A DNA stretch of 64,000 nucleotides, from positions 10,558,263 to 10,622,262 of the forward strand of contig OZ037770.1 in the NCBI GenBank assembly GCA_964035545.1, read 5' to 3'. Origin of the DNA: Bugula neritina (lineage: Eukaryota > Animalia > Bryozoa). The notes under the pieces were generated by a model. The model saw nothing but the letters and a program-made list of their open reading frames with translations. It was not told the DNA's origin and did no database searches. Below, piece after piece: positions 59,335 to 64,000 of this stretch. Both the position numbers and the translations under genes were made by a program. How positions within the stretch are numbered: position 1 is the first letter of the stretch; the number at the start of each line of letters is the position of its first letter.

Positions 59335-59745
59335 TTGTTGCCGATGTTTTTCCCAACTTTATTTCATTGTGCTGCATGTAGTTGATAGAAACCAGCTTTC
59401 CACAGAAAGTTAATGTTGGCTTTTCCATTCTAAAAATTTCTTGAGCTTCCATTCGCAGCTCAAAAAGTCAAAAACCATGTTTCTTTTAAATAACCACTTC
59501 AATTTGGTACAAACAGCAAAGTGGTGAATGCAGCATCACTTTTATGCTTTCACTTAAATATAGTGCTGAAAACAAAAATTGTTTACTACTGAAGCTTTGA
59601 TTTAATTCCCAATTTTTATGTGTGCTGCCAAGTTAGGTTTCATTGCCTGTGGTATATATAGTGTTTTGAATGTGAAAGCCTCACGGTGAACAAAGCAATG
59701 CGCAACTTCTACATTGAGAATTTTTTTCCTTGCCAGCTGTACATG
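59335..59745 (-). mobile_element. hAT transposase relic (Buster/Charlie/ZBED5-like)
   Basis: The minus strand reads ARKKILNVEVAHCFVHREAFTFKTL (HCxxHRE motif), then KIGN*IKAS and LLF..KLKWLFKRNM..ELR, resembling the KIVNFIK and LLxHTEVRWLS segments of this family. Confidence 0.8.
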
Positions 59746-60788
59746 TCATGTTTTAAGTGTATAGAAATATTTATTATTGCAGACTAAAAAAAATTGCCAT
59801 GTGAAAAAGGTTATATCATAAGTTACGAGTTGCAAGTTACAAGTGTGAGACACAAGTGTGTGGATAAGTGAAAAATGCTGGGTTTTTATATACCAGTCAG
59901 AAAAGATAGCTTTTATGTATAGTAGCTATAATGAATGTGGAGAAAAGCATAATATAGCTGGCCTAGCTGTAATGATAAGTGAAAAGCTATATCGTGCATT
60001 AGGGAAAAGATTTCCCAGCTTATCTAAAGTCCCAACTGTACCAAACCTGGATTATAAATACACTTAATTCTTCCAAGTAAGCCCAGTTGTCTCAAAATAT
60101 TGGTCAACAACTGAGGTTAATGTTATAAGTAAAGGTTGATAAAACATAAAATGATATTCGATGAACTTTTCATGCCCGTAACATACCCTAAACTAATAAT
60201 TCAGAAATACTTACCTGTCTATAATAAGTAGAGTCATCCATCATGTTGTGTGGGGAAAATGGTGACTTTGATTATAGCAATTACTTTTTCTTTAATGTCT
60301 GCAGTATTTACCTCTGGAACCAGGGTACAACTCAAAAAGCTGTTCACAAACTAAATGAATTTTTTGGAAAAAAATATTTCCCCTGAAAAGCCTAAATTTC
60401 CTTCTAAGGGGGAATTCCCTTAGCCATAGTTTTCTTCATTATTTGTGGTAAAGTAAACATAAAACTCATGACCCCAACCTAATCTTTCACTTCACTCTTT
60501 TCAAAGTAGTATACATAGCAGGATAACTAATTGACATTTTTATATATATTTTGACACATGAGTTTCTGATTTATATAGTTATTTTGTATGGTCGATGTTA
60601 GCCAATGATATATGATTATTCAACACATTATATGTGCCTCAGCAATACTGATATAACAGCAGTGCTTGTTAACAATGAACTATATTCTACCTTTGCAGGT
60701 CACGGCATACACGTCAAGAGGTTTTCATGAATCTATGCTAATAGTAAGTGGCTGTAGTCTATTATAAAGAATTATTTTACTTCATCTG

Positions 60789-60789
<1 letters not shown>

Positions 60790-60861
<72 letters not shown>

Positions 60862-60868
60862 ATATATA

Positions 60869-60902
<34 letters not shown>

Positions 60903-60928
60903 CATTTATATATAATATATAATATATA

Positions 60929-61010
<82 letters not shown>
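60790..61010. repeat. (TA)n / (TATAA)n microsatellite
   Basis: Directly visible. Confidence 0.97.
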
Positions 61011-61012
<2 letters not shown>

Positions 61013-61480
61013 ATAGGTATACAAGAAACATTTAAAGGAATCCACCATCAAAAAGTAGCCGAAGCTCTTTACATTAAACAAATAAAACCACAACTTAATA
61101 AACAAAATTACTCCATACCATTAAAACTATATCAATAAGCTCCACACTACTCAACTCTTACATAGTTTTATTAATCCATGCTGTTTTTATATTTGGGTAT
61201 TTATTTTTTAGTCAACTCTAATTTATTTTTATGCAAAGAAATCATTATAATTTTTGACTTTTGTAATATAAATAAGATTATCTCCCTTAGTTTCAATAAT
61301 TTACAATATAGCTGCCACTCTCTATTTTTTGTGTCATGCATAGTGGTTAACGTAATGTAATAATTTTTGAATTTCATCCATTGCTACTCTAAAGATGGGC
61401 ACAGTGGTGCCCGAAATATCAGTATAACTACTCTGCCTAATAAAGTAATAAATCAACAATGTTTCTCGTATACTCATTTA
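61013..61480 (+). mobile_element. Penelope-like element 3' fragment (GIY-YIG endonuclease C-terminus plus 3' region)
   Basis: Reads IGIQETFKGIHHQKVAEALYIKQIKPQLNKQNYSIPLKLYQ*, the EAxxIKxxKPxLN tail typical of PLE endonucleases. It is followed by a hammerhead motif and AATAAA signals and abuts (TA)n. Confidence 0.8.
61381..61427 (+). ncRNA. Minimal type I hammerhead ribozyme motif, G5-to-A variant (likely inactive)
   Basis: Stem I tact(61385-88)/agta(61421-24), core CTAAAGA (61389-95; canonical CTGANGA), stem II gggcac/gtgccc, GAAA (61413-16), palindromic ATAT stem III, predicted cleavage after C61420. Confidence 0.7.
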
Positions 61481-62078
61481 TAATTAAATTACTAGCTCGT
61501 AAAGATATATTTAGTCTAACTTTAGAGGTCAAAACGTTGTTAACTTATATAATATAATTCTCATCTAACACGTTATAGGCTGTTTCATTAAGTTCTCCAA
61601 CAATGCTCTTATATACTTAACTTCTTATTTTGATAAGACAGATAAAAAGACTGCCTCATGTACACTCAGTTTCATTTGTGTACCGATAAGTTATATTTGT
61701 CTTTCACATGGTCATTGAAAAACTATTTTGTTAGCCTAAATTGTACCACAGTTGAAATGAAAAATAATTTAGTTTCCTTTTCTGAAGCAGGATGTGGTCT
61801 ATAAGGGTTAAAACCCTGGCCAATCGGTAAACACAAAGTCAGTAACTAGATTCTAGACAAATGCCAGCAGTGCAGTTCCTCAATGTATTTAGTTGGAATT
61901 GCTATTTTGCCACAATATAAGTAAATAACGAGACCTTAGCGTACTAAAGGCCCAACCACCACCAGGAGTTCTTGCAGAAATTACCAATTATAAATTCACA
62001 GGAGTTGTTTTGTTGTGACTAACCGTTGCAAAGTATAGCTAGAATAGTGTTTGCTATGTAACCTTTATTATTTCAGCT

Positions 62079-63759
62079 ATGAAGATTACTGCCATTCCAA
62101 TCGCAGAAAGTTCAAAGAGAAAAAAAAGGGGAAATTCGTTTGTCTTTTTTACTGGCGGTGGTAGTCCGTTGAAGCCAAAGAAACCTATTATTGATGCATT
62201 GAAGACTGAAACTACCAAATCTCCTGATCTATCAATCATAGAAGCTGGCAATAAAAGTCAAGAGGATGAGGATATTTTGCCAAAGTAAGGCATATACGCA
62301 GTTTAAACTTTTTTCTGTTATTTATTATATAGGTATATAGAGCTGTTGTCGCCTGATATCATATCATACCAATGATAGCATTAAATTCATGAGACCAAAT
62401 TTTTCATAGAATATTGTTATATCTCAGGTCAACAGTCTTTGAATTTAAAAGTGGTTAGTTTTAAATTTTGGATAACTAAATAAATTTCAAAGAACTTTGG
62501 CTGTTTGTTCTTCATTAAAACTTTTTTCCAAGAATCATTATATATGGGTCAGAAACTCACTAAAAGTTCTGCTTTAACACTGAGTTCTAAAAGCATTCTC
62601 TAAAAATAAAAAAGTAACTTTTCAAAAAATGCTAGTGCAACTATAACATATACTCTCAAGTAAATACATTTAATTTATGCTTTCGTGCAAAAAGCAGACT
62701 GCTTATTGTCATTATTTTGTAATCTTCAGATATAAACTTGTCTATACCTACCTTTCTTAGAATTAACCACATGAGTACTTTTTTGTAAGTTATCGCATTG
62801 AAATCTGGAAATAAATTTTTGCTACATTTACAACCTCATACAGTCCGTACCCCATGCGTGGCGCATTCAACTTGTGGTAAACTTTCAGTGAGTATTATTT
62901 CATTGTTTTAGGCATGCGGTATCCCAGTCTAGTATACATGCAAGAAATAGAAATAAATAATTAAACCCAGTTAAAACTTTCAGCCAATACTACTTATAGT
63001 GATGAGCTTGCTCATCATTGAGTTAGATCACATTATACAAAAAACCTTCTCAAGGAATAAACTTCATATAATTGCTATTAGTGGCTTAATGCAATTAATT
63101 AATAAATATAGGATGATATTTTAGTTTATACATTTTTTTATGACATCTTCTGTTTAATTCACCGATGTTTCCATATAGGATCGTAGCCGCTCTAATTGCA
63201 TATGGGATTCTGCTGATTATGGCTGAGATTCCATCCCTTTACTGGACAATACAGCTGAACGACAATAAATTAGTTCATTTTCCTGATTTAACTAATATGA
63301 CATGCGAATGTAGTCTTCGGCTGGCAAGTAACTTATTAGTAAGTTTCCGTGTCCTTTCACAGTAAATATGATCATTTCTTAACAATTCTGTTTCTATAAA
63401 ACAACATATATTAGCTAAAATTTGACTTTTTTACCCTAATAATGTTGCCAATAATTTACCAAGCAAAGTAGATTTTTGAAAAGATTACTTTCGGTTGATA
63501 TCTAACCAAGCATTTCAAAAACTAGTGCTAATAAATTGTAAGTTTTATATAGTGAGTGAAATAACTACAAAATAGTCAAAGTATACTACAAATGGAATAG
63601 GCTTAGATATTTATATATATATATAGATGTAGTTATATAATACTACAATACTGCATGCATGGTTGACTGCAATGTACTACATAATACATTTTAATTTAGA
63701 TGGTGATTTGTGGTGGATATGGTTTGATGGCAGCAGTAAAGAAGAAAAAAGAGTTATTG
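62079..63759 (+). CDS. MS4A/CD20-like tetraspan membrane protein, copy 2 (exons 1-3, continues beyond the window)
   Basis: Exons 62079-62284, 63179-63338 and 63700-63759 have canonical sites and the same phases (2/0/0) as copy 1. Shared motifs: MKI..FT.GG.S..KP, P.LSIIE.GN, IP.LYWT and MVI.G. Confidence 0.75.
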
Positions 63760-64000
63760 GTAATACTAATTGAATAACGAAGTGTGTCTTTTCTGGCAAT
63801 GTAAACTTAATCGGTATAATTCAAATGTTGCACTGGAATGAGATTTTTCTTCTGATATTAAAGAAATAAATTTTTTAATTTTATAGTGAACAAGTCTTTA
63901 AACATGACTTGACCATTTGACCATTTGACCATTTACAAATATGCATGGCATTTTGTGGCACATTATTTCCGCTGCAAATTGCCATAAATTTGGTTTTTAT

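Overview
AT-rich, intron-rich eukaryotic DNA, probably from an invertebrate animal (GT-AG introns, tRNA-derived SINEs, microsatellites). Most ORF-track entries are spurious or single exons. Hand splicing gives these gene models: (1) a 263-aa secreted PAN/apple + Thr-rich linker + galactose-binding/F5-8-like protein (-, 1128-3503); (2) a 207-aa coiled-coil protein (-, 5794-9153); (3) a 392-aa divergent class A GPCR with a duplicated RPPWLSG N-terminal motif (+, 14434-18112); (4) a 173-aa orphan Cys-containing, probably secreted protein absent from the ORF track (+, 19326-22792); (5) a second PAN paralog with a truncated, minisatellite-bearing duplicate (+, 24198-26670); (6,7) two tandem-duplicated MS4A/CD20-like genes (+, from 30916 and 62079), plus decayed exon sets at 48.6-56.7 kb. 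Mobile DNA includes an R4/Dong-like restriction-endonuclease retrotransposon in (TAA)n, a Penelope-like 3' fragment with a minimal hammerhead ribozyme motif, a hAT (Buster/Charlie-like) transposase relic, two tRNA-derived SINE families and several MITE families. Family names come from motif recognition only; no database searches were run.
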